A DNA stretch of 63,190 bases, the filler included, from Pelomyxa schiedti (taxonomy: Eukaryota > Protista > Evosea): assembly GCA_020536535.1 (NCBI GenBank). It is 8 parts of 8 records of this genome, joined end to end, with 100 filler letters (N's around TTAATTAATTAA, not from the genome) between each part and the next. Parts side by side here need not be neighbours in the genome. Positions count along the whole stretch, not along the records: positions 9,303 to 15,353 come from JAHLWZ010000058.1; positions 15,454 to 17,097 come from JAHLWZ010002358.1; positions 17,198 to 45,058 come from JAHLWZ010000044.1; 5 more parts are not named here. One strand, written 5' to 3'. This document shows, piece after piece, positions 11,465 through 22,003 of this stretch. A model generated the notes under the pieces. The model saw only the letters and a list, made by a program, of their open reading frames with translations. It was not told the DNA's origin and searched no databases. Numbering within the stretch: position 1 is the stretch's first letter; each line of letters begins with the position of its first letter. Position numbers and translations under genes: made by a program.

Positions 11465-11743
11465 CAGCAAACGACCATATATGGAGTTTTGCCTGATTTT
11501 TTCCCCTGGATAAGCTCGTCCCTCTATTGGACGTTTCAGTCAAAAAACGGGCAATTAAATTGCTTTTATTCGCGGTTCAGTGCCGCGCTTAAAAAGGGGT
11601 GTGGTGGTGCCGCGGAGATTCTGATTTGTTCGGCCGGATCGTTATGGTGGCGCGGTGGCGGTGGGGGCAGCGGGTGATGTGGTTGTTGTATGGTGTTGTA
11701 GCTGGAGGTGCCCTTTGTGTGGTGGTTTGTGTTTGCGTTAGAG

Positions 11744-13196
11744 CTACTGTTTCTTGGACTCCCCTTCTATGTCAACATAAAGACATTTGGTATACCAAGC
11801 TTTCATATTTTCGGCTGTAATGAGAGACAGTGCATTTATTACCTCCAACAAAAAGGACTGAGATCCTCTACTGTGTCTCAAGAAGGTTTTTGCCTNNNNN
11901 NNNNNNNNNNNNNNNNNNNNNNNNNNNNNNNNNNNNNNNNNNNNNNNNNNNNNNNNNNNNNNNNNNNNNNNNNNNNNNNNNNNNNNNNNNNNNNNTTCTC
12001 GCAGTACTGCTGCATCAATGGCTGTATGCACACGAGCATTGTCAAAGACCAGTATGTTACCTTGAGTTAACTTTGAGATAGTATATTAACTTGTTAAGTT
12101 TGCTGACCAGGATTTAGAGCACCTGATTCCCAAAATTCGAGTATATCTTGCACAAAGTCATACTGAGTATTAAGGTTTTTTGTGATAGTGAACTGGAAAC
12201 ATTGTTCACCTGGCACCAAACTAGTGATGCCAGTGACATGCAATGAGGCCCCAAGGTCATCTTTTTTTTGTATTTAAGTAAAATCAACCAGTTACTAACA
12301 TACCTGAGGAGTTTGTGAGAGAAATTGTTGAGTTTTTTGGTGCAAATATATATTTGCGCCTAGAGCTTTTGCTATCAAAGGTTGCTTCATCTGTGTTATA
12401 AGTAAAATTAAGGAAAAAATAAGTAAATATACCCAAGAACTTCAATTGCACCCAAGGGACGAATTGTATATTATAAAGGAAGGTCTGATACCATTTCATG
12501 TTCTCCACTGTGAATTTTTTGATTTCATGAACTTGCCATGCCTATAGCTTGTATGAAATATCGAAAATAACATAGATTTCTTACTTGGTGACAAGACCAA
12601 CCCCAAGATTTGAATATTCTGTGTACTGTTGATAATGAAAGTTGTACATTTAATTGCTCTTTTAAAGCCAAAACAACCTGTGCAAATAAGAAAGGGAACA
12701 TATAAAAAAGCAATTTCATACTTCAGCAAGGCGGACCTCTGGGTGTGCCACAACAAATATCCACACAAAACGTTTAATATCTAACCACTGAGAGTCAGAG
12801 TACTTTGTGTGTCGCCTTCCTCCATGTAGCCCCATCTTGTATTCAGGATGTAGGTATTTCTGTTTCCAATAGGAAGCTTGGTCCTTGGTGACATATAAAT
12901 CAGTCGCTGTTTGTGCTGGACCTTTCACCACACAGTACTTCCCTAGTTTAAGTAAATACAGATATGTGAATCTCACACACTGGCACAACATCCACAACAC
13001 ACCACTGACATCGCAATACACCCACTACACTCACAGTACACCAACGACAATTGCGATACACCCGCGACACTCGTTATTCATCACCAACAGCCGCGATATC
13101 CCCGCGAACATTACTACAATGCCACAACACACCAACACATAGATGGAATCTATCCAACAGGATCTGATTACGGAACACATGCAGCCACTCCTTCAT
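11744..13196 (-). CDS. Intron-containing IS630/Tc1-like (DDE_3) transposase, interrupted by an assembly gap
   Basis: HTH-like HPEVRLAEV...QLSLSTVHRIFKSWGWS, first Asp DEATFD, second Asp LVFDNARVH, C-terminal AKTFLR...ALSLITAENMKAWYTKC. The catalytic Glu would fall in the gap 11896-11995. Start is approximate. Confidence 0.8.
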
Positions 13197-13481
13197 CAAC
13201 CTTTTTTTTTTCTTTTTCTTTACAATTGCTTTTTCTTTGTTCGTTTTCTTTTTTGTGATTTTATTCGTCTAAAAAAAATTGTTTGGTGTGTGGTGGCACA
13301 GTGGGACTAACTTTGTTGTGACAAAGGTGTGAACATTTGCCAGTATATTTGTGGCAATATTTGTGATAATTTTGGTGCTAATCTTTGCGACAATACTTGC
13401 GGCGATTATTGCCGCGATTTTCGCTGCGATTTTCGCCGCGATATTTTCTTCATTCTATTTTCCTTATCGTTTACAGAAAAA

Positions 13482-15210
13482 AATGCAGAATACATCACCT
13501 CCATTATATTGGGATCCTGCTGAGTTTGGTACTTTGCAGCAAAAGCCTAAGAAACCCAGAAAGATTGAAACTCGCACCCTTTGTAAGAACTTAATTAAAT
13601 TAGATTTTCGATAACTTTTCATAGCTGGACGTTTACACCCACGTGGATGTCATTGCTTGAATGAATGGCCCTTGAAAACTGACTCTTCTGGCAATTATGT
13701 AACAAACTGTGATGGTTACCAAATACACTTGCAGCCGACAGTGAATGGTCATACTGAGTGGCCTTGTGCTCCATACCCTAATCACACCTATGATGAGTGT
13801 CCCCTTCAAATTCTTGGGAAACATCCAGAAGCTAAAGAGAGGGTTAAGCAACAGGTCAAGTGCTTTTTTTTTTTTTAGAAACAATACTAACTTTTCTTAT
13901 AGGTACTTGAAAAACACAATCGATTACTGCAAGAATGGACTGCACAAGGAAGAAAAAAAGATGCAGGTACTGCAAGACTTTTGATGCTAGCTTATAGTCA
14001 GGTATGATATCGTTTTTTTTTCCTGCTTTAATATTGGCCTAGAACAAAGAGGCTACCAAACATGAAACTACTCCACCTGAAGGCCCAACACCACCAGGGA
14101 CCAAGGCATTGACTTGCGCTGCAACACCAATCGAAAATGAATCATCCTTAGCAAAAAGAGGTACTAGCTACTCAGTCACATGCACTGCAACTATCATAGC
14201 GATTGTCACTGCATTAACATCATGACTGTGTTTTTGTGACTGTAGTGTTGCTGTGTGCTGCATTATTGCCGCGATTGTTGCCGCGATGATTCCACAATCA
14301 TTGCCGCGATCACTACATGTTTTGTGTTATGTAACATTACTGACCTAACACAAGGAGAATAAATGCCACAGAATCCACGAACTTGGTGAATTCAGTTGGG
14401 GAACATCTAGAATCTCGGCTGATGGCAAGACTATGTTTCAAGGAAAAAATTGGTATTAATATCTTTAAAAGTATTGTTCCAACAGCTCTTAGGTTTAGAC
14501 CATAGCCAATATGAGAAGTCCTTGAAAGCACTGAATATATTTCCTGCTGTAAGTTCCTCTGTGGGGTCCCCTTTGGTTGGTTTTGTGTTACTCTTTCGAT
14601 ATATACTAACTGTTAAATAGTCCTCCCCTTCTGAATCAAAACAGCCGTGCTCAACCTTCAGTTTTGATATGCGTGAGTTATTTGCTTGACGTGATTGTTT
14701 GTTAATCTCACATCTTGTTTAGATGACCCAAGTACGACAATTAAAATGGCACAGGCAGTCCAGGCAATCATCCCACGACTGCATTCTTTGATTTTCGATG
14801 CCCAAGCTCTTCACTTAAGCAAGGAACAACTTGATGAACTTTTTGTTGAGGCCTGGAAATACATTCTAAGCAAAGAGGCAGCCAATACTGAAAGCTCCTC
14901 TCCATCAGCAACAACTTCACCACTTTTAATGCCTTCAACAACCTCAACAACCTGCACACAGCCAACCAAAACTGTGGATCTTACAACAGGTTGTTTCCAG
15001 CACAACGATCCCCCTTTTTAACTGAAAATTTAGAAGTAAACTGCCTGGGGCCGTTACCAAAAACAAGAAAGGTTGCTCTTCCCCCTGTATCTTCAATACT
15101 TCCCACAGAACCTCAACTTTCAACCCATAATTCCCCTCCAGGCTCAGTGCCTCCCCTCGGCATTCCCTTTCACACAATGCCACCACCCCACACAACAAAT
15201 AACCTTTAAT
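13482..15210 (+). CDS. Spliced hypothetical cargo gene inside the Tc1-like element
   Basis: GT-AG-joined in-frame exons MQNTSPPLYWDP...IETRTL|SGRLHPRGCHCLNEW...CPLQILGKHPEAKERVKQQ|VLEKHNRLLQEW...; later exon DDPSTTIKMAQAVQAIIPRLHSLIFD. Ends are uncertain. Confidence 0.55.
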
Positions 15211-15741
15211 GCAATGCAGTGCCGCCACCGCACCACCATAACGATCCGGCCGAACAAACCAGAATCTCCGCGGCACCACCACACACCCCTTTTTAAGCGC
15301 GGCACTGAACCGCGAATAAAAGCAATTTAATTGCCAACAGATTCCTTCCAGTGNNNNNNNNNNNNNNNNNNNNNNNNNNNNNNNNNNNNNNNNNNNNTTA
15401 ATTAATTAANNNNNNNNNNNNNNNNNNNNNNNNNNNNNNNNNNNNNNNNNNNNGTCCAACATGAAGACAATGGCGGGGCTTGCTGATTGCTCTTGTGCTT
15501 CGAAACAACATTGCAACTGCTTTCTTGACCTTGTGTTTCGTTGCTGTGGCCACAGGTTCTGTGAACTTATGAGGCATCCCTTTGATGATTATATAAGGTC
15601 ATAATGACTTTTGGGGTTTATTGATAGCTTGCTTTTTTGAACTTTAAAAGTGGTATGTCCCAGCTTAGAGGAACATTTGTGTGGGTGCTGAGGAGTTTGA
15701 ATTCAACTTGTGACAAGTTGGAAACGTGGAATGTTCTTGAG

Positions 15742-16891
15742 TCAAGGAAGAAGGTCAAAGAGCCACAGCACCGGGTGTGAAACTGTTATTGTAACACAAT
15801 CACTTGTTGTTACATTGGAACTGCTGATCAGGTGCCCAAACTCAAGCGGTCCATCTTGAACGATTATCAGTGACCTGATTGATGTGGGTGGGGTTTACGC
15901 ACCAAGTTCCCATTTCAGTCCGGCGGTGTGGGCTCTGTCACAGCGGCATGAAAGCGGCATAATGCCACACTTGGAGTTGACTGGACAGTGTAGAATTGTA
16001 TTCCCGGGTGATATTAGCCACACCACATTGTACTTCGACATGAAAGTAATTTCCACGTTTCTGAATTGCGTGTTAACAAACTGGACGAGAGTCGCTGAAA
16101 CTCACGGAACACTCTGGAAAAGAAACAGTGCATTTAGATTGGCAAGCTCCTGGGAAACACTGTGGCCAAGCGGCCCAAGAACAGCAATGTCATGCTGGTA
16201 TTTGGTTAAGGAAAAGAAAAAGTGTCAGGGATACTTGTGCTTGCTTTATTGGAGGAATGCGACGATGTAAGTTTCTCAAACGTGTAATTTAGAGCCTTTG
16301 TGATGTCGTCAGTATCCTGGTCTTCAACATGTACAACATGTGAACCCTTCAAAACTTGTCAGGAAGGGTAGAAAAAAGGGAAACAGTCGTTACAAAGGGA
16401 GAAAAGAATTCAATGGTTTCTTTTGTCACCGAGTCCAGATCCCCGATTATACAATGAGGGTAGTACCTAATGTAATTGTTAGAAGGACATTTATTCCGGA
16501 TTAATATGTACATTGAGGGGTCTTCCTGCCGGTGTTTAAAAAACTCCACCACTCGGTTTGCTCCTCCGTCAGCACAAATTCTCAACTTAGCTTGAAAATT
16601 AATAAGGTGCGGGTCGCAACAAAAAGTAATAATAAGTACGATTTATGTATGTATGTAAATTACATTCATTCTTAAGTCATAAGAAGTGCCGCTCCGCGTA
16701 CCAGACAACCAGACGCACGCAAAAAAAGGAGGCAACGTGGTGTTGAGGGCTATTGCCGCAGCGTAACAGCCAGATCCACCGCTACCGCCGCCTATGCCTA
16801 CACCCCCTAACGACGTCCCAACAGCAAATCTAGGCAACCACAAATGCCGGTCGCCCAGCACCGCCGCGCTACTATCCCCACCAGATCTCAT
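15742..16891 (-). CDS. TPK1: Thiamine pyrophosphokinase
   Basis: ICADGGANR, IIGDLDSV, EDQDTDDITKAL, GLKWEL, LEFGHLISSSN and VSHPVLW motifs across exons. Confidence 0.9.
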
Positions 16892-17691
16892 TTTTTAGAT
16901 TCTCACTATCTTCGCTGGAGAGACTCTCCTCTACAAGTCGGGTGATGGTTCTTGGAAATTTGATCTGATGGGCTCTAACGCGTCTGGTGGTGCGCGGCCC
17001 GCGTTCATTTCGCAGACCCATAATGTAACCACGGCCAAGTCGCAGGCGATGGCGGTCTGCTGCGCGGCGATCGATCGGTGGTCGGGCTCCTACTGCTNNN
17101 NNNNNNNNNNNNNNNNNNNNNNNNNNNNNNNNNNNNNNNNNTTAATTAATTAANNNNNNNNNNNNNNNNNNNNNNNNNNNNNNNNNNNNNNNNNNNNCCA
17201 TAATTGCCTCTGGTGTGCTCTTGTGTGCCCTCAAGCCTCCTGTGGGCGATGCCTGGTGTAACGGCGAACAAAAATGAGGTCGGTCCCTCGCACCCAGCAA
17301 GGTGGTTGGAGGACAGGCTGACGGCTGCTCATCGCGATTATGGGTCGCCTGCTGCGCTGGTTGGTGACGAGCGAGAGGCGGAGACTGAGACGAAGGGGGC
17401 GTGGACGTGGTCGATGAGTCGGGAGGTATCGCTGGAAATCTCTGTTATTGTGGAGTTGGGTTATAACCTTTCGTTATAGTTATGGCACGGCACGCAAGTA
17501 AATTACCACTGCCGTTGCCTTGTTGCGGCTCATTTAACCTGTGACGTATCTAGGTCGATGATAAAATTTGGTTTTCTAAACGAAACAAAATTCTTAGTCT
17601 CTACAACACTCTGCACATTGCAACAGTACGTGGTGGGCATGGTATGTATCACAAGTCGCTATCATCTGCTTCCACTAAACGAAGTTGTTGG

Positions 17692-17913
17692 GGTATGTCA
17701 CCATATCGGGAGATGAACTGCTAAGACTATGCCCTGAGACCAAGGCAGGCCACAACAGGAATTTGGGGGTTATGACAAAGGACTGGCCAAACCTTGTGAC
17801 TGGTGGCCTTGAAACTGACGTGCTGTGGTCCTCACTACCCAAATTCCTGTTGCAGCCTGCTTTGGCCTCAGGGCATAGTTGTAGTAATTCATCTCCTGAT
17901 ATGGTGACATACC
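17692..17913. repeat. Imperfect inverted repeat (~76-bp arms, ~70-bp spacer); fold-back/MITE-like
   Basis: GGTATGTCACCATATCGGGAGATGAA...GGAATTTGGG (17692-17767) pairs with CCCAAATTCC...TTCATCTCCTGATATGGTGACATACC (17838-17913). Confidence 0.88.
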
Positions 17914-18581
17914 AACAGCTATGTGGGCAAACAGCCAGCTGTGGCTGTGTGAGTGAGAATTCACTTTTTCTGTTCATTGAGCAACAGCTGTAGAGCAACA
18001 AGCACTCCCAGAGCCATTTTTCCCACCCATGTGTTTGTTGCTTGCTGTTCCACAACCTTGTAGGTTTTTTTTGCTGGATTTAGTAGCAAAGGAGGCTATG
18101 AAAATTTCCTTATGGGATGAAACAATTTATGGACTTACACCAACCCTGTATGCTGGCAAAGAGTGATTTCTTCTCTGGGTGGTACCAGTAAAGAGTGCAG
18201 CATAAAAGTCACTTTGACTTTCAAGTTCCAGCTGACTGGGAGTGAAAAAAACATTTTTTTCTTCATTGTCCTACTTCCATTCAGCTTGGGTTGTCTGTGA
18301 CATTTTCTATTTCACAAGCACCGGACCTCAAAAAGGAAAATGCTGGGAGTGACCTTTATTTTATGCAACAAATGAGGAGCGTTTGTTGATGAGGGTGGCC
18401 ATGTCAAAGACTGCAGACTGAACAACAGATGATCCCAAAACGGCAGAGGGTAATGCTGGGTGTGTGGAAGGCAANNNNNNNNNNNNNNNNNNNNNNNNNN
18501 NNNNNNNNNNNNNNNNNNNNNNNNNNNNNNNNNNNNNNNNNNNNNNNNNNNNNNNNNNNNNNNNNNNNNNNNNNCTTTATT

Positions 18582-21500
18582 TTATGCAACAAATGAGGAG
18601 CGTTTGTTGATGAGGGTGGCCATGTCAAAGACTGCAGACTGAACAACAGATGATCCCAAAACGGCAGAGGGTAATGCTGGGTGTGTGGAAGGCAACTTGG
18701 GTTCCTGGGTGTGTTTAGTGTAAGACACAGTCCATAATTGCATATACCGTTTGGTTGCTGGAAAGAAGGGACAGGCAGCCATGGCAGAATAGGAACCTCA
18801 GGATGAAGAAGCACAGGTAGTCATCCTCAACAAACCGCAGGAATGAGGGTGCTGTGGAACGTGAGATACAAGTGGAAAATGGATGTGGAGAGAGGCTTAC
18901 GCATTGTGGATTCATTGGCAAACAACAACTGAGTTGCCTGCTGGTAAAATGCCGCAAGCCGTTCATGGCATTTGGTTGCAACAGCGTGAGGTAGTGGTGA
19001 CGTTTCAGTGAGGTAGCACAGGGCAGTGATGGGTGAGCTCAAGAACATGCTGAAGAGGCCTTGCTTGAACGTACCTGCCGAAATTAGTTCCGGTCTAGTT
19101 TTATTTTAATGAATGGTTTTTGGGAACTTACTTGTTGACGGTCCTGTGGGTGGAGCCATCATGCACACAAACGGAGCCGTGTAAATGAGCGGGAGAGTGT
19201 TGAATGGTGAATAATCCTCACTGTCCACAATAACAAACATTGCTTTGCGCATGAATGGGAGAAGATCACCAGGACACAGCACTGAAGTGCTTGTGGGGGG
19301 AGGAGTCCCACTTGTGGAGAGTATGGGGTGCAGAGGAGAAGGAGGTGGAGATACCGCGAATGCACGTACCGATGTGGGGGTTGTAGAGAGTGCAGGGACA
19401 TTGGCACTTGGAGGGGCTAATTGTGAAGCGGAATGTGTGGCATGTGGATCAGAAAACATGGTGAGACCACCGCGAGTGAACAGTTCAGCTCCCACGGCAT
19501 CCCCTGTAATAGTAAGACCACGTACGAGGAGGAACAAAGAGTGTGAACGCACCCTCGAGTGTCGGGCCACAGTGATTCGCTGCAATGTATAACATGAGGG
19601 CTTCATTTGAACGCAATTCCTAGGGTTTATCAGAAAGAAAATACAATGGTAGCACAACATACACTATGAACTGCCGCAACATTGTAGAGGACCTGTTCAA
19701 TAGATGCCTTATATAACAGAACTTTGTGAGGGTTATGTCGGATAGCATCCTGCAGAAGGTCAAAAGGAAGCAACACGTTCTTTAAAGTGGTACTGAAGTT
19801 GAAGGCGGGTTGTTATATTCCAGACCATGCATTAGATTTAACATATCCAGAGTAAGCTCACTGAATTTGACCTTGAAAGGTGTTATACTATTTGATAATA
19901 GAATTCCTGTTGTCACACCTGCCCTTGCCTGTTTGCAACAATAAGGGCTGTATGCAGTTTAAGTTTGGAAGAAGTATCCACTTTCCGTGCGTGAACAGGC
20001 AGGCTTGCTTGAATGAGCTTGTGGATGCCGGAGCTCAGCCTGTTGCTCAGAAGTTCACTGCGCCTTTGGGAGCATTAATAATTTGACTTCAGGCTTAGCG
20101 CACATACTCTGATGACGAATCAGTGATGTGCAATGGCTGGTGATTTTCACAGAAAGTCTTTATTTCGTCAAGAAGTATCATCCACCGCTGAACTTCAGTC
20201 TGATGAAGGAAAGTTAAACAAATGGATGGGTCAATTTAACCAGAAACCTTCACAGGTGAGGCATCGCGCATATACGCAAGTAAAATTCCTTTCATGTCTT
20301 CCACAACGGATTCAATGAACTGATCTCTTTAAGGCGGAATAATGCTTTTCAAATTGGCAGTACCTTCTGAGAGCATTCTAAGAAAAGACAAACGACCAGG
20401 AACCTGGCGTGGTATCTCAAATTACGAATATATATTGCATGGGAGCCTCTGGAAAGAGTGGGTTCTCAGTCAGTTCCTGCTAAAAGGGAAAGTACACACT
20501 TGATTGGGCCAGTCCCAGGATTAACCTTGAAATATTCGCGAGCCCTGATTGCATTGTAGAAGGTGAATGCCTCTTTTAGATTTGCCACATCACTGGTGCG
20601 AAGATAGTAGAAGTAATACAACCTGGAAGGAGAGTGAGACTTCCAAGTTCAAGAGTATTCGAGGGCAAACTGGGCAATCCGAGCAGCTAACTCACCCACT
20701 TCCCAACGTTGAAACCCTCTTGTTTCCAGAATTGCTCTGTTTTGCTGTTGCAAAGCCCATAACTGTAGGATAATGTCAAAAACATAGTTACGCAGTGTGC
20801 AAGCACACTTTAGAATACACGTTGAATGCTTGGTCAAAGTAAGGTTGCCAGTCAGCACCAATCAGAGGAAGTTGCCTTGTATGGTGTCAAACCAAAAGAA
20901 AGACATAGATTTCAAACCATACGCCAAGTATGAGTAAATACGATTTGCACGCTTTGAGAGTTCATCAAATTCATCGTAAATCTTTTGAGCTCCGAAGGTC
21001 GCACCAACACCACTTGATCCACCCGAGCCACCTGTTGTTGAATGTGGAACGGCATTCAACAATACCGAAGGAGTAGTCGCACCTAGGCGACATAGGTAAG
21101 GACATATTACCAAAACATTAAAGATATTAAAGTAGAGGCAGAGTACCCGTGCTAGCCAGAGAAGGAGTGTGCTGTGGAGTAGTCGAAGGCGAAGGAGTCG
21201 GAGAGTGAGCAGACGCCACCGAAACAGGCGGCGACGGCGACTTCACAGCAACGGCAGCCGACGCGGCAGCCACAGCAGGAACCACAATCGGCGCACCGCC
21301 ACCACTAGTAATAGTAGTAATAGGAGCCACCGCGATCACACAGCTCGTAGTTGTTGCTGCATTTGTAGTGGTTGTGGTGCTAGTAGTAGTACCACTGATG
21401 GCAGGTGTGGGCGTCGCAGGCGTAGGAACTGCGATCGTCGCCGCCGCTGCGCCCGTCGTTGTTGTTTGTTGCTGTGGCTGCTGCTGCTGTTCCACGTTCG

Positions 21501-21603
21501 GTTGTTGCAGAGGTGCTGTTGTTACTGGCGACGAATTGTCGTCGGCTTTTGCGGGAGTAGTGGGTTGCGCCGATGGCGTGGCGTTCGCTTGTGTCGCGTC
21601 CAT
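18582..21603 (-). CDS. SCAI: Protein SCAI homolog
   Basis: LWALQQQNRAILETRGFQRWEVGELAARIAQ, EAFTFYNAIRAREYF, LRYHARFLVVCL, KFTELTLDML, NPHKVLLYK, LCPGDLLPFMRKAMFVIVDS and DDYLCFFILRFLFC follow the SCAI motifs in order. Confidence 0.9.
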
Positions 21604-22003
21604 TTTTGGTTTTTTTCCCTCCCTGGGTTTAGTTAATGTGGGACGAACGCGACTCTGTTTAATACTATGGCGAAGATGAAGATGGAGATGACGATGACGA
21701 TGCCAAGTGTGGTCGCGGGATCTGGTTGTTGTCGGTGTTGCTGTCCCTATCACCACCCGCTCCCGTTCTTTCCTTTTCTTTGGTTTTTGTATTTTTCGGG
21801 AAATATTTTTTTTGCTTGGAGTTGCGGCGTGGTGCGAATCTTGTGGACACGGAATCGGTGATGTTTATTTGTTTGTTTTGTTTGAGTGTGATGTGGTTGG
21901 TGGGGGTAAATGGTACTGTAGAACGTTGAAGTGGAGGACAGAGATTGATTGAGACTGAGGGAAAACTACTGGGGCCGGGGGGGCTTGGCCTGGCCGCCCA
22001 GGC

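Larger units (their letters stand above)
11550..15335. mobile_element. IS630/Tc1-mariner DNA transposon (~3.8 kb) with ~110-bp terminal inverted repeats
   Basis: 11550-11661 is the reverse complement of ~15222-15335 with few mismatches. It encloses a DDE transposase. TA dinucleotides at 11556-57 and 15328-29 are the likely TSD. Confidence 0.9.

Noticed and set aside
18355-18693. Direct duplication of the SCAI 3' end
   Set aside because: ~120-bp overlap flanking an N gap; assembly artefact.
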